In this document: positions 1-10,385 of the stretch, one piece after another | Numbering within the stretch: the first letter of the stretch is position 1 | Layout: each line of letters begins with the position of its first letter | Origin: an uncultured Armatimonadia bacterium | Lineage (GTDB): Bacteria; Armatimonadota; Zipacnadia; CAVVLO01 | Assembly (NCBI GenBank): GCA_963749155.1 | Contig: CAVVLO010000002.1 | Span: 1,312,001 to 1,376,000, forward strand | Direction of reading: 5' to 3' | DNA length: 64,000 nt | The notes under the pieces: model-generated | Told to the model about the DNA's origin: nothing | The model's input: the letters and a program-made list of their open reading frames with translations, nothing else | Databases searched by the model: none | Made by a program: the position numbers and the translations under genes

Positions 1-13
1 GGCGCACCTGGCA

Positions 14-907
14 ATGTTACGCGGCAAATTGCTCGAGTGTATGGGGACGCGTCCGCCGGAGGTCCTCGAGCCTGAGGTCCAGGTCGAGGCCAGCTTCGAG
101 CTTGAGGGCACCGGGGTCATCCAGGAGCGCCTCGTCTACCGCACCGAGGAGGACGTCTGGGTCCCGGCGCATCTCTACCGCCCCGCCAGGCCCCGCGCCG
201 AGCGGCTTCCGGGGGTGCTGCTCATCCAGGGGTGGGATCTCGACAAGCACAGTATGCCCGATTTCAAGGTGCGTCTGGCCGCGGCGGGCTATGTGGTGCT
301 CTTCCCTGACAACCGGTTCAGTGGCGAACGTCGCCATGCGACCGATGGGCAGGTGGAGCAGCTCAATCTCTTCCCCTTCGCGCAGCTCTTTGGCCTGACC
401 TTCATCGGTATGAACACCTGGGACAACCAGCGCGCCCTCGACGTGCTGCAGCAACGCGCCGACGTCAATCCCAACGATCTCGGCGCGGTGGGGCTTTGTT
501 GGGGCGGTATGCAATGCTGGGCGCTGGCGGCGCTGGATGAGCGCGTTAAAGCCGCCTGCCCGGTGTGTGGCGTCTCCACCTACCGCGCCCTGGTGCAGGA
601 CTATATGCCCTGGACCGGCGGCCACACCTGTTATGGCACGTATTTTCCTGGCTGGGCCCGGCACGGCGATATCCAGGACATCATCGCCTGTATTGCGCCG
701 CGCCCGCTGCTCATCCAGAACAACACCCAGGACACCTGGTTCCCGCTTGCTGGTTATCAGGAGGTCGTGGAAGAGGTAGGCCAGGTCTATGCAACGCTTG
801 GCGTGCCCGAGCGCTTCGAGGCCCGCGCCCAGGTGACCACTCATGACATCACGCCGGAGTTCGGCGCCCACGTAATCGACTGGTTCGACAAGCACCTGAA
901 GGGGTGA
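14..907 (+). CDS. Alpha/beta hydrolase, dienelactone hydrolase/acetylxylan esterase-like (probably 5'-truncated by window edge)
   Basis: Nucleophile elbow GLCWGG (G-x-C-x-G-G), VPAHLYRP, IAPRPLLI and C-terminal His (TTHD); frame is open back to the window start. Confidence 0.8.
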   Translation: MLRGKLLECMGTRPPEVLEPEVQVEASFELEGTGVIQERLVYRTEEDVWVPAHLYRPARPRAERLPGVLLIQGWDLDKHSMPDFKVRLAAAGYVVLFPDNRFSGERRHATDGQVEQLNLFPFAQLFGLTFIGMNTWDNQRALDVLQQRADVNPNDLGAVGLCWGGMQCWALAALDERVKAACPVCGVSTYRALVQDYMPWTGGHTCYGTYFPGWARHGDIQDIIACIAPRPLLIQNNTQDTWFPLAGYQEVVEEVGQVYATLGVPERFEARAQVTTHDITPEFGAHVIDWFDKHLKG

Positions 908-914
908 AGCAAGG

Positions 915-1952
915 ATGAAGACGCTGAGATTCGGCTGTATCGGCTGTGGGGCGATGGGCGGACTCCACTGCGCCAATTCGAAGTATGTGCCTGGGATGGA
1001 GGTCGTTGCCTACGCCGATCTGGACCTTTCGAAGGCCGAGGCCTTCCTCGCCCAGTTCGGCGGAGAGTACGCTACCACTGATGTGGACCGGCTTTTCGCC
1101 GATGACTCGCTGGACGGAGTGCTTATCCAGACAGGCGAACGCGCCCACCCAGCGCTTGGTATCGCGGCGGCCCAGGCCGGCAAACATATCTTTATGGAGA
1201 AGCCGATCGCTGTCACGGTGGAGGAGGCCCTCGACCTCGAACGCGCCGTGAAAGCTAGCGGCGTCAAGTATCTGATCGGCCTGTGCAACCGCCTTGCGCC
1301 GATGGTCGCCCGCGCCAAGGAGCTGCTGCCCCACCCCATCATCAGCTACTGCCAGTGTCCCGACCTGGTCTCTGGCCAGTCTTGCCACAACCTCGACCTG
1401 ATGGTGCACAAGTTCCACGAGGCGCCGCTGGTGTCGGTCTATGCAGTGGGAGGCCACTATTGGGGGCTGGACGCGCATCTGCCGGCCGATGGATTCATCG
1501 CGACGCTCAAGTTCGAGGATGACTCCCAGGCTTGCTACATCCAGCATGGGCGCTCGTATAACGCGCTGCTGTCGAAGTACCACTTCCAGCTCTTTGGCAA
1601 GGACCGCTGTGTCTACCTCGCGCACCGGTTCAAGGAGTGCCACTTCTCCACCAACCTGGCTGCGCCCGACTTCTCCTGGGGCTTCCAGGGGCCGGACTTC
1701 ACGCCTCTTAATCTTGCCGAACATGAAAAAGACAGCCGGGGCCCGCACGGCTATATGGGCCATTATGACCAGCTTGTCGCCCTGTGTGAGGCTATCCGCA
1801 GCGATACCGAACCCCCGATGACTGTCGAGCAAGGCCGCCACGTGTTGCAGGTGGAGAAGGCTTTGCTCGAGTCCATCGTCACCGGCCAGGTGGTAGACTA
1901 TCGCGAGTTCCTCGCCCGCTGGGACACCACGCAGCCAGAATACAAGGAGTAA
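915..1952 (+). CDS. Gfo/Idh/MocA family oxidoreductase
   Basis: N-terminal GCIGCGAMG Rossmann motif; AGKHIFMEKP motif; HNLD catalytic segment. Confidence 0.9.
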   Translation: MKTLRFGCIGCGAMGGLHCANSKYVPGMEVVAYADLDLSKAEAFLAQFGGEYATTDVDRLFADDSLDGVLIQTGERAHPALGIAAAQAGKHIFMEKPIAVTVEEALDLERAVKASGVKYLIGLCNRLAPMVARAKELLPHPIISYCQCPDLVSGQSCHNLDLMVHKFHEAPLVSVYAVGGHYWGLDAHLPADGFIATLKFEDDSQACYIQHGRSYNALLSKYHFQLFGKDRCVYLAHRFKECHFSTNLAAPDFSWGFQGPDFTPLNLAEHEKDSRGPHGYMGHYDQLVALCEAIRSDTEPPMTVEQGRHVLQVEKALLESIVTGQVVDYREFLARWDTTQPEYKE

Positions 1953-1956
1953 CCAG

Positions 1957-3030
1957 ATGACCGAACTCACCAGCCAGCAGCGGTTTGACCGCGCCTTCAG
2001 GCATAACGCCACACCCGACCGGGTGCCGATGTTCGATATGTACTGGCCCGACACCTTTGCCGAGTGGCACAGGCAGGGCCTGCCCGAGGGCTTCGACCTG
2101 TTCGAGGAGTTCGGCCTGGACGTCCTGGGCATCTCCTGGATTGACGCGAGCCTCGGTCTGCCCGCCGAACAGCTCGAAGAGAGCGACGAGTGGGTCATCT
2201 GGCGCGATGGCAATGGCGTAGTGGTGAAGGTGTGGAAGACCAGTTCCGCCACCCCCTCGCGCCTGGACTGCTATGTCAAGGACTGGGACACCTGGCTGGA
2301 GGTAAAAGACCGCCTGCAGCCCTCCCCGGACCGCATCTCGCAGGCCATCCGCGACGGCTGGCAGTCTGTCACCGAGCGCTCTGGCTACCAGTGCTATACT
2401 TTCGCCGAGCCTTGCTGGTGGTTCCTCGAAGACATAATGAGCTTCGAGCGCGCCCTGCCGCTAATGGTCGAGCAGCCCGACCTCGTGAACGACATTATCG
2501 GCACTGCTACCGACTTTGGCCTCTCGATGGCCGAGGTGATGATCGCCGAGGGGCTGCCCTGCGATGCCCTGTGGTTCTTCTCGGACCTCTGCTACAAGAA
2601 CGGGATGCTCTTCTCGCCCAAGACTTACCGCGAGCTGCTGATGCCGCACCACAAGCGCATCAAGGAATGGTGCCTGGCCCACGACTGGCAGCTCATCCTG
2701 CACTGCGACGGATACGTGGGAGAACTGCTGCCCCTGCTACTTGAGGTCGGCTTCGATGCCATCCAGCCGCTGGAAGCCCGTTGCGGCAACGATGTGCGCA
2801 CCTACAAGCGGCTCTATGGCACCGATATCGCCTTCTTTGGCAACATCAGCGCCGATGTGATGGCCACAGGCAGGCGCGATGAGATAGAAGAGGAAGTCAA
2901 AAGCAAGCTCGAGATCGCCAAAGAGGGCGGCGGGTACATCTATCATTCCGACCATTCCATCCCGCGCACCGTCACGCTGGACGATTATCGCTTCACCCTG
3001 GACTGCGTGAAGCGCTATGGCAAGTATTAG
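1957..3030 (+). CDS. Uroporphyrinogen decarboxylase (URO-D)/methyltransferase-like family protein
   Basis: PDRVP near N-terminus, SDLCYKNGMLFSP, LHCDG, FFGNIS, GGGYIYHSDHSIP. Confidence 0.85.
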   Translation: MTELTSQQRFDRAFRHNATPDRVPMFDMYWPDTFAEWHRQGLPEGFDLFEEFGLDVLGISWIDASLGLPAEQLEESDEWVIWRDGNGVVVKVWKTSSATPSRLDCYVKDWDTWLEVKDRLQPSPDRISQAIRDGWQSVTERSGYQCYTFAEPCWWFLEDIMSFERALPLMVEQPDLVNDIIGTATDFGLSMAEVMIAEGLPCDALWFFSDLCYKNGMLFSPKTYRELLMPHHKRIKEWCLAHDWQLILHCDGYVGELLPLLLEVGFDAIQPLEARCGNDVRTYKRLYGTDIAFFGNISADVMATGRRDEIEEEVKSKLEIAKEGGGYIYHSDHSIPRTVTLDDYRFTLDCVKRYGKY

Positions 3031-3039
3031 GGAGACACT

Positions 3040-4482
3040 GTGAAGAAGCTGCTACTGCTCGTTCTCCTGCTTGGTTTGACCCTGCTTGCCGTCTCTTGCG
3101 GCGGGGGCCTCAGTAGCGTCACAAGCAAAGTGCGTGTAATCGTTGACGGCTGGGACGCCCCCGGCGCCTTGCCAGTCGACCATATCGAGCTAGAGTTATG
3201 GGAACTCGACTATCTTGTCGACACGGCCAACCCGCCGCTGACTGCTCTCTCACCCGAGGTGAGCTTCGGTGGGCTGTTCGCCCTGCGCTACCGCGTGGTA
3301 GTCAGGGCATATGATGCGGGCGGCACGCTGCTTGGCCAGGCTTCGGTTGAGGTGCCGGTCACAACAGGCGAAACAACTGACGTCCTGATCAGCCTTGCTC
3401 CCGCGCCAGCAGTCCAGCTCAAGGTGACACCTGATCCCCTCTGGGTAGATACCGACGCTGATGCCGCCTGGTACGTTGCGGCCTTCGATGCCGAGGGGCG
3501 CATACTGCTGCTGCCTTCCAATCAGTATGATACAGAAGTCTCACCGGCGGGGCTTGCCTCGGTGAGCGAGGGCCAGGTGAATGGCTTGACCGAGGGGCGC
3601 GGCACGCTGACAATCACCGATCCGGTCTCCTCGGCCTCGACCAGTTGCGACCTTATCGTGGACAATCCTTCGACCTGGTATCTCCAGCAGACCTGGGGCG
3701 GGCCTGGTGGAGGGTATGGGCAGTTCCTCAAGCTCGGTGGAGTAGCCGCCGGCCCCTTTGGCGAGGTTTATGCGACCGACCGGCTGGGTGACTCGATCAC
3801 CCAGTTCGAGGGTGACGGTACGGTGATGGACGTCTTTGGCACCAGTGGTATGGGTCAGGGTGAATTCGATGTGCCCTGGGATGTCGAAGTGGACTGGGAA
3901 GGTCGCGTCTACATCTCTGACCGGAACAATGCGCGGGTGCAGGTCTTCAACGAGTGGAGCAGCTGGCTTGCCGAGATTGGCGCAGGAGGCTCAGGTACGA
4001 TCGTGGAGCCAACTGGCCTCGGTGTCGATGACTACAATCTGTGGGTCGCGGACCTCGATGTATTCGGTTTCTGGGAGGGGCAGCTTGCCAGTTATGAACT
4101 GGATGGCTTCGGCTATCTCTCCACTTGGGATATTGACCTGCCAACCGGCTGCGAGGTCTGGGATGTCGTCTCGGACGGCTGGGATCGTTTGTATGCTACC
4201 GTGGGCAATGAGTTGCTGGTACTCGACAGCTTCGGCTATGAAGAGGACGCCTGGGGCACTGGGGTGCTTTCCGCTGCCGAAGGCCTGGCGCTCGATGCAT
4301 CCGGTAACGTCTATATCGCCGACCCGGACGCAGGCAAGATCTTCTCCTACTCGCCTCAGGGGACGCTTCGGACGCAACTTTCGGTGGTCGCGCGCGACGT
4401 GGCTCTGGACCGTAATGGAGACCTTATCGCCGCCTGCGCGGACAACTATCTGCGTCGCTACTCAAAATTGCCTGCGCCCTAG
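3040..4482 (+). CDS. Lipoprotein with Ig-like domains and C-terminal NHL-repeat beta-propeller
   Basis: Lipobox LAVS-C-GGG; NHL motifs GEFDVPWDVEVD..GRVYISDRNNARVQVF and GLALDASGNVYIAD. Confidence 0.8.
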   Translation: MKKLLLLVLLLGLTLLAVSCGGGLSSVTSKVRVIVDGWDAPGALPVDHIELELWELDYLVDTANPPLTALSPEVSFGGLFALRYRVVVRAYDAGGTLLGQASVEVPVTTGETTDVLISLAPAPAVQLKVTPDPLWVDTDADAAWYVAAFDAEGRILLLPSNQYDTEVSPAGLASVSEGQVNGLTEGRGTLTITDPVSSASTSCDLIVDNPSTWYLQQTWGGPGGGYGQFLKLGGVAAGPFGEVYATDRLGDSITQFEGDGTVMDVFGTSGMGQGEFDVPWDVEVDWEGRVYISDRNNARVQVFNEWSSWLAEIGAGGSGTIVEPTGLGVDDYNLWVADLDVFGFWEGQLASYELDGFGYLSTWDIDLPTGCEVWDVVSDGWDRLYATVGNELLVLDSFGYEEDAWGTGVLSAAEGLALDASGNVYIADPDAGKIFSYSPQGTLRTQLSVVARDVALDRNGDLIAACADNYLRRYSKLPAP

Positions 4483-4573
4483 CGGCAAGTCAAGCCCTCC
4501 TCAGAATCACCTGCCATGCAGGGGTCGTAATAAAGGACACGAACCCTTGCGCAGCTAGTCAGGAGGGAGTCTT

Positions 4574-6579
4574 ATGAGTTGCAGCAAGCTCATCGCGTGC
4601 ACCGTCTGCCTGTTGGGAGTGACGCTTCCCGTTGCATCTCTGGCTCAGGAATCCACGGACACGACTCCCATACAGGGCGGGCCCAAGTTCACCACCTTCA
4701 TCCTGACCGACCAGGGAGACAGCAGCTTCGAGGGCATCCAGCGCTTCACCACAGGCTTGAAGGAGCGCGGCTACTATGGTCAGGTGGGCCTGACCTTCAT
4801 TCTGCACGCCGACAAGGCGACTCTGGACTTGCCGGGCCAGAAGGCCTTTTGGCAACAAGCCCTTGCCGAAGGGTGCGAGATCGGCGTCGAACGGCCTGGC
4901 ATGCGTGATGCCATCGCCAAGTGGCTGGACATCTCACCAGAATCTATCACCTTTTGGGGCACCGACCTTTTCGGCGACGCGGAACCTGAAACCCAGACCC
5001 AAAGTGCAACCCTGGGCTACGAAGCTTGCGCCAATGTCTGTCCCGAAGGCGACTCGCTGATGGAGTTCTGGGACATCCCCCACAACTGGGAAGGCGCTCC
5101 GATGTTCCCCTACTGGGCCCAGTGGGATGCCGAGAAGCCTCTTTCAACTGACCGCACCAACCGAGAACTGGACAAGAAGTCAGCCTCCCTTGAGCTGCAA
5201 TGGGCAACGCGCACTCTTTATCACAACTGGGATCGCGCTCCCTGTCCCGAGTGCTGGCACTTCGGTGAACCGCTCAAGAAGAGCCAATGGCGGGTCGGCC
5301 AACTGGTAAAACGCGGCGACATCAGCTTCTGGACGCGCCAACTAGACGACCTGGAAGCGAATCTGGCCGCTGGACGGACGCCCTTCCTTTACCTCAGTAA
5401 CGCCTCCGAGGGCAATATCTTCACTCCAGATGGCCCCTGGAGCCCGATGCTGGACAACGACGAGGCGCTCGAGTGTGCCCTGGACCTGGTCGGAGAATTT
5501 TTGAAGCGCGGCTGGATACTTGCCACGGTGCATGAGTTCACCACCTGGTACGCCGCCCACTGGCCTTGCCCTGCGGCACCCTCGATGGTTTATCTGGTGA
5601 ACGATGTCCTCGATGGCCGCACCGATCGCGATGGCAAGCCACTGAGCGGCCACGGGCCTCTGCTGCATGCCGAGACCGAATATTTCCAGATAACCGATCA
5701 CGAGTTGCGGATGGCCCCCGAGTTCATCTGCGCTTACGCTCTGCGTACCCCAAATCTGTTGCGCGGAGGGTACACGTTCGCCGACCCTGCCAAGTGGAAC
5801 GCGCCCGAAAGTGGCCGCGCGCATTATGCCTCGACAACAGGCAATGCGCTCTTCTGGAGCCCTACCGCCCCGCTTGCCGACCCGGAGGGGGTGCCCTACT
5901 TCGCTCCCAACAAACCCGCCGAGGCGCGCGACCGTTGCTTCACCCTCTACCTGGGCGATGACTGGGCCCAGTATCAGTTTGCCCCCGGGCACATCACCGA
6001 TGTAGGACGCGAGGGCGACCTTGTGCGCTGGAGCAAGCGCCAGGCAGAGCCCATCTCAGGTACCGACATCACGCTCACCTATCATAATGAGCTGGATGGC
6101 CCTCTCCACCGAGTGAAGGTCGAAATACAAGGCGCCGATGCGGTCGAGCAGCCGGTCAGGCTGCGGCTGTGTCCCTACTTCCACCAGGGCTGGGATTATG
6201 TGCCTGACAGTGTCCCGCCCGAACTTGCCGGCGCGGGGCAGGAGCGCAGCATCTTCGCAAGCGCCGAGGGCAAGGAGTTCGCCTGGTCGGAAAGCAATCC
6301 CGAGCAACGCTCCGAGCGCTGGCAACTGGAGCAGGAGGGTGACAAGCCAGCCAGTTTTAGCCTGTTCAATCGCAATCCTGGCCTTGGCAAGAGCTGGGAC
6401 GACAACCCGGACTTCAACCGGGGCTTCACAGTGACCTTGGCACGCGGCAGGCAACGCTGGAACTGCTGGATGAGCCAGGCCCTCGCCGCTACGTGACGGC
6501 GATTGTCGATTTCGGCCCACATCAGGCGGGCCAGAGCTACGAATTCAGCTTCCGATACTTCAAAGGCGCGCCTGACTAG
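4574..6579 (+). CDS. Secreted hypothetical protein (possible carbohydrate-active barrel); one frameshift near 6455
   Basis: Signal peptide, RBS AGGAGGG; coding frame resumes and ends YEFSFRYFKGAPD* at 6579, just before the next RBS. Confidence 0.55.
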
Positions 6580-6594
6580 TTAAGGAGGTCAGGA

Positions 6595-7737
6595 ATGAGG
6601 ATGACAGAGACTTTGCTATTCGCCATGCTGGCATTGATTAGCTACTTGGCACTGCTGGCCTTCGGGCAGGCAGAACGCCCACTGGTGGGTGCTATCCGCT
6701 GGGACGCCTGGCACAGCTCGAAGGGCGGCCCGGGGCTTGCCGTCGAGCACTCTCTTGGGCCTGAGCGCTATCACTGGAGGCTGCCTTTCTTCGCCGTTGT
6801 GCGCGGTGAGGACGATATCACAGTTGACGGCACCACCCAGCCGATAATGGACACCGAAATCACCTGGGCAGCCTGGGCAGGCCTCGATTATTGGGCCTTC
6901 GTGATGTACCAGCCCGACACTGCGATGAGCCTCGCTCTCGACCTGTATCTGGCAAGCGAAAAGCGCAGCCTTATCAACTTCGCGATGATCAGCGGGCCGG
7001 ACGGCCTGGATGAGGCGGCCAAGCACTCCGACCGGCTGTTCGAGCTGATGGCCCGGCCGACTTACCAGCGTGTTGCAGGGGGCAGGCCTCTCTACTTCGT
7101 CGGCTTCCTGGACCAGAAATGGCTGGACGCCTGGGGCGGCGAAGAAGGGGTCAAAGCGGTTGGAGAGGCTTTCCGTGCCAGAGCCACCGAATACGGACTG
7201 CCCAGGCCTTATCTGGTAGTGATGGATTTCAATCCCACCGAGGGCGAACGCTGGCGCAAGCTGCTTGGCGCTGATGCAATAAGCTCCTATGCGACCTCCG
7301 CAGCCGATGAAGCCGCGCCGTATTCCAAACTGACTGAATACACAGAAAACTTTTGGGAGCGCTGCCTCGCTACCGGCGCGCAGGTGGTGCCGACCGTGAT
7401 GAGTGGGTGGGACAGACGTCCGCGTATCGAGCGGCCTGTGCCGTGGGAAGCTTCCTACCAGCAACCGGGCGTCGGGATGGAGCGCTATTACGAGGCGCCA
7501 ACTCCGAGCGAGCTTACAGCTCATCTTGGGCGCGCACTGGACTGGATAGAGGCTCATCCTGATAATAGCGAGCCAAACTGCGCGCTCATCTACGCGTGGA
7601 ATGAGAACGATGAAGGTGGCTGGCTGGTACCGACTCTTTCCGAGGGCCCGGCTCGCCTGGTGGCCTTGCATGGGCTGCTCAGGCCCGACTCGGAAGCGCC
7701 TGAGCCCGCCCTGCCTTCTTTGGAGGAACATGAATGA
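6595..7737 (+). CDS. Secreted GH99-like/WbsX-like glycoside hydrolase domain protein
   Basis: Signal peptide; GAIRWDAW, AGLDYWAF, GWDRRPR, IYAWNENDEGGWLVP. Confidence 0.7.
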   Translation: MRMTETLLFAMLALISYLALLAFGQAERPLVGAIRWDAWHSSKGGPGLAVEHSLGPERYHWRLPFFAVVRGEDDITVDGTTQPIMDTEITWAAWAGLDYWAFVMYQPDTAMSLALDLYLASEKRSLINFAMISGPDGLDEAAKHSDRLFELMARPTYQRVAGGRPLYFVGFLDQKWLDAWGGEEGVKAVGEAFRARATEYGLPRPYLVVMDFNPTEGERWRKLLGADAISSYATSAADEAAPYSKLTEYTENFWERCLATGAQVVPTVMSGWDRRPRIERPVPWEASYQQPGVGMERYYEAPTPSELTAHLGRALDWIEAHPDNSEPNCALIYAWNENDEGGWLVPTLSEGPARLVALHGLLRPDSEAPEPALPSLEEHE

Positions 7738-10370
7738 AACTGATCTTTGGACTAATCCTGCTTGTGATGGTGATTACGATGGTTCCCAGTGTTGAGGCTG
7801 CTTCTCCGACGGCGGGTAGATCCGTTGATTTGGCGCCGTGGACGTATGTATGGCGGGCGGACCGTGACGTCCAGCCCCAGCCGGAGGCGTACTTCATCCC
7901 CCGGAGGCTCGAGCGACTGGACAGGGTGTACCGCACGGCACACGAAGCGTTACCGCCGGACCAGCTCAAGAGCCTCTATTATGACATGCCGACTGTGCTG
8001 CAGCCGCTGCCGCCCAAGCCCGAAGGCCAACTCACGCTCGGATTGTTGTGGACCGGCGGATTGGTGGATTATCAGGTGCAGTTGCACTGGCCGGCTGGGT
8101 CAGAGCCGCCCGCACCTGACACGGTAGAAGTCAGGGCCTACCCCAGTGCCTTCGGGTGGTTTGGCTGGACGGTGGATCAGATTCTGGAAGGACCTGTGGT
8201 GTCGAGTAACGGCCTCACCTGGGTCTACAAGAGCGACCCGACCGTGCTGATGGACTTCTCTTACAACGCTCATCCCCCGGCCGCGACCGAGATGGTGGCC
8301 GTCTTCTGCAAGCCTGACGCCTCTGGCGCGTTGCCAGCGGTCCCGGATATCCAGGTGGTCGGCCCCAGCCTGGGTGACTGGCAGTCAGTGAACCTTGAGC
8401 TTGAGTGGGGCTTCGAGCCTGGCAGTCCGAAGGGCGACCTGGTGCAGAAGCTTGAACCCTATATGACCGAGCTTGGCGTAGCTATAGCGCTTGGGGGGGG
8501 CAGACACGGCTTGTCCATCCCAGCGCTCTATGCGCCCGATGCCCCTTCCGGCCTCGACAGCAGGATTACCGTCCGGACAGAATCTGGCGGCTTCACCTTC
8601 AGCATCAAGGACCTGGCCAGAGGGCCAATCCTGATTCCGGCGTCGGGCTTCTACATCACGCCGGCCGGCGGCCTGACGGCGGCCGAGTTCTCAAAGCAAC
8701 TGCTCGCGAAAGATGCCAAGAGCATCCGGCAGCTTACGAACGAACATCCGGAGGCCACCTCTTTCGACCAACTGATGCAGGAGGTGCGCCTGTGGACCTG
8801 CCCTGAAGGGACCGAGCTAAAACCTTTCCCCGAGGTGCCGGAGCCCGCGATGCAGGTCAGATTATCAGATGAGGGCTGGACTGCCGCCTGGCGCGCTGCC
8901 TCCAGCCAGCTCACAGGCGCCCATATGTGGGGTAGCCTGGCCTTCGAGGTCGGGCGCGTGGCTCACGAGATGGAACTTATAGGCCTGCACGAGCATGCGG
9001 ACAAGATTTATCAGTATTTTCTCCAATCGCCTGGCGCCAAGCCTGATGGCGACTACTCGGACGGCGACGGGGCGCTCGAAGGGCCGACCTCATTGCGCCA
9101 CGAGATGGGCTACAGCCATGATGGGACTCACTCCTCGACGGGCAGGTTGCTGTTCGCGATGGCCGAGAGGTACTTCCTCACTGGCGATGCCGAGTGGTTT
9201 GGCGAGCGCCGGGCCAGACTCCAGGCGGCAGCCGACTGGCTCATCCGCCAGCGCCGCCAATATATGGATTACCTCCCCAACCGGGACGAGTTGTTTGTCG
9301 CCGGGCTGCTGCCGCCGGTCATGCTCGGCGACTATGCCCTGCCGGCCTGCGACTGGCACTGGTATTACGTGGATAACGCCCTGGCGCTGCAGGGGCTGCA
9401 ACGGTTCGCCGACGCGCTCGCCGACTTCGATCTCGAGGCGGGCCGCAAGTATCAAAAGGAAGCCGAGGCCTACCGCGCCGATCTTCAGCGCGTGACAGGG
9501 GAAGAGGCTATCCTCGCCCCGGTGCGGCTTGGCCGCGACGGCAAGTACCACACCTACCTGCCGCGTATGGCTTATGCCCGGGGCCTGCCTGGCATCGAGC
9601 TGGGGGCGCCGCAGTTCCCTGAGAGTGACTTCTGGATGGGCGCCTTGCCTCTGGCAGAGCCCTTCGCCGTGCTGGATGCGACCGACCCGCGGGTACTTTC
9701 CACCTCGGATCTGATGGAAGAGATGGGCACCACCGAGGCGGGAATCGTGGCTACCGAGGCCCAGCGCGAACAGAAGGGCCTGCCGACCGCCGACGCGTGG
9801 TTCTGGCGCCCCTATTCCATCTTGCCCAAGGCCTCTCACACGGCCAACATCTACCTGCTACAGGACGACATACCGAGCTTCCTGCGCTTCTGGAGCAACG
9901 CTTATGCCTCGATGGTGGGCGCTGATGGCAAGCTGTGGGAGCACTGGCACCTGGGCAACTTCGACCCCTGTGCTGCGCCCGACAATGGCACGGCTGGCTG
10001 GTTTATGGAGAACTTCCGCGACCTGCTCGTGATGGAGCTTGACGGCGCCCTCTGGATCGCGAAGGGCACCCCGCGCGCCTGGCTCGAGCAGGGCAAGAGC
10101 ATCGAGGTCTCGAGCGCCCCAACCTGCTTCGGCACACTGGCCTATGAGATTGTCTCGGACGTGGATCACGGCGAGATTACCGCCACAATCGCGATTCCCG
10201 ACCGAGCCCCGGCCAAGGAAGTCATCCTGCGGCTGCGCCATCCGAATGCGACGCCCATCAAGTCGGTCCTTGTAAACGGTGCGCCGTGGAAGGACTTCGA
10301 CCCGGCGAAGGAGACCATCACTCTGAGGGGTCTTTCGGGCAAGGCTGTCGTCGTTGCCAATTACCAGTAA
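7734..10370 (+). CDS. Secreted six-hairpin glycosidase-like protein (copy 1 of tandem paralogues)
   Basis: Signal peptide; YFLTGDAEW..RLQAAADWL helices; GTPRAWLEQGK..APTCFG C-terminal beta domain. Confidence 0.65.
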   Translation: MKLIFGLILLVMVITMVPSVEAASPTAGRSVDLAPWTYVWRADRDVQPQPEAYFIPRRLERLDRVYRTAHEALPPDQLKSLYYDMPTVLQPLPPKPEGQLTLGLLWTGGLVDYQVQLHWPAGSEPPAPDTVEVRAYPSAFGWFGWTVDQILEGPVVSSNGLTWVYKSDPTVLMDFSYNAHPPAATEMVAVFCKPDASGALPAVPDIQVVGPSLGDWQSVNLELEWGFEPGSPKGDLVQKLEPYMTELGVAIALGGGRHGLSIPALYAPDAPSGLDSRITVRTESGGFTFSIKDLARGPILIPASGFYITPAGGLTAAEFSKQLLAKDAKSIRQLTNEHPEATSFDQLMQEVRLWTCPEGTELKPFPEVPEPAMQVRLSDEGWTAAWRAASSQLTGAHMWGSLAFEVGRVAHEMELIGLHEHADKIYQYFLQSPGAKPDGDYSDGDGALEGPTSLRHEMGYSHDGTHSSTGRLLFAMAERYFLTGDAEWFGERRARLQAAADWLIRQRRQYMDYLPNRDELFVAGLLPPVMLGDYALPACDWHWYYVDNALALQGLQRFADALADFDLEAGRKYQKEAEAYRADLQRVTGEEAILAPVRLGRDGKYHTYLPRMAYARGLPGIELGAPQFPESDFWMGALPLAEPFAVLDATDPRVLSTSDLMEEMGTTEAGIVATEAQREQKGLPTADAWFWRPYSILPKASHTANIYLLQDDIPSFLRFWSNAYASMVGADGKLWEHWHLGNFDPCAAPDNGTAGWFMENFRDLLVMELDGALWIAKGTPRAWLEQGKSIEVSSAPTCFGTLAYEIVSDVDHGEITATIAIPDRAPAKEVILRLRHPNATPIKSVLVNGAPWKDFDPAKETITLRGLSGKAVVVANYQ

Positions 10371-10385
10371 GGAAGGAGACCAGCC

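Noticed and set aside
849..2252. Long antisense/overlapping ORFs (e.g. 849-2252, 34678-36045, 58310-59680)
   Set aside because: Shadow ORFs expected in high-GC DNA opposite well-supported genes.
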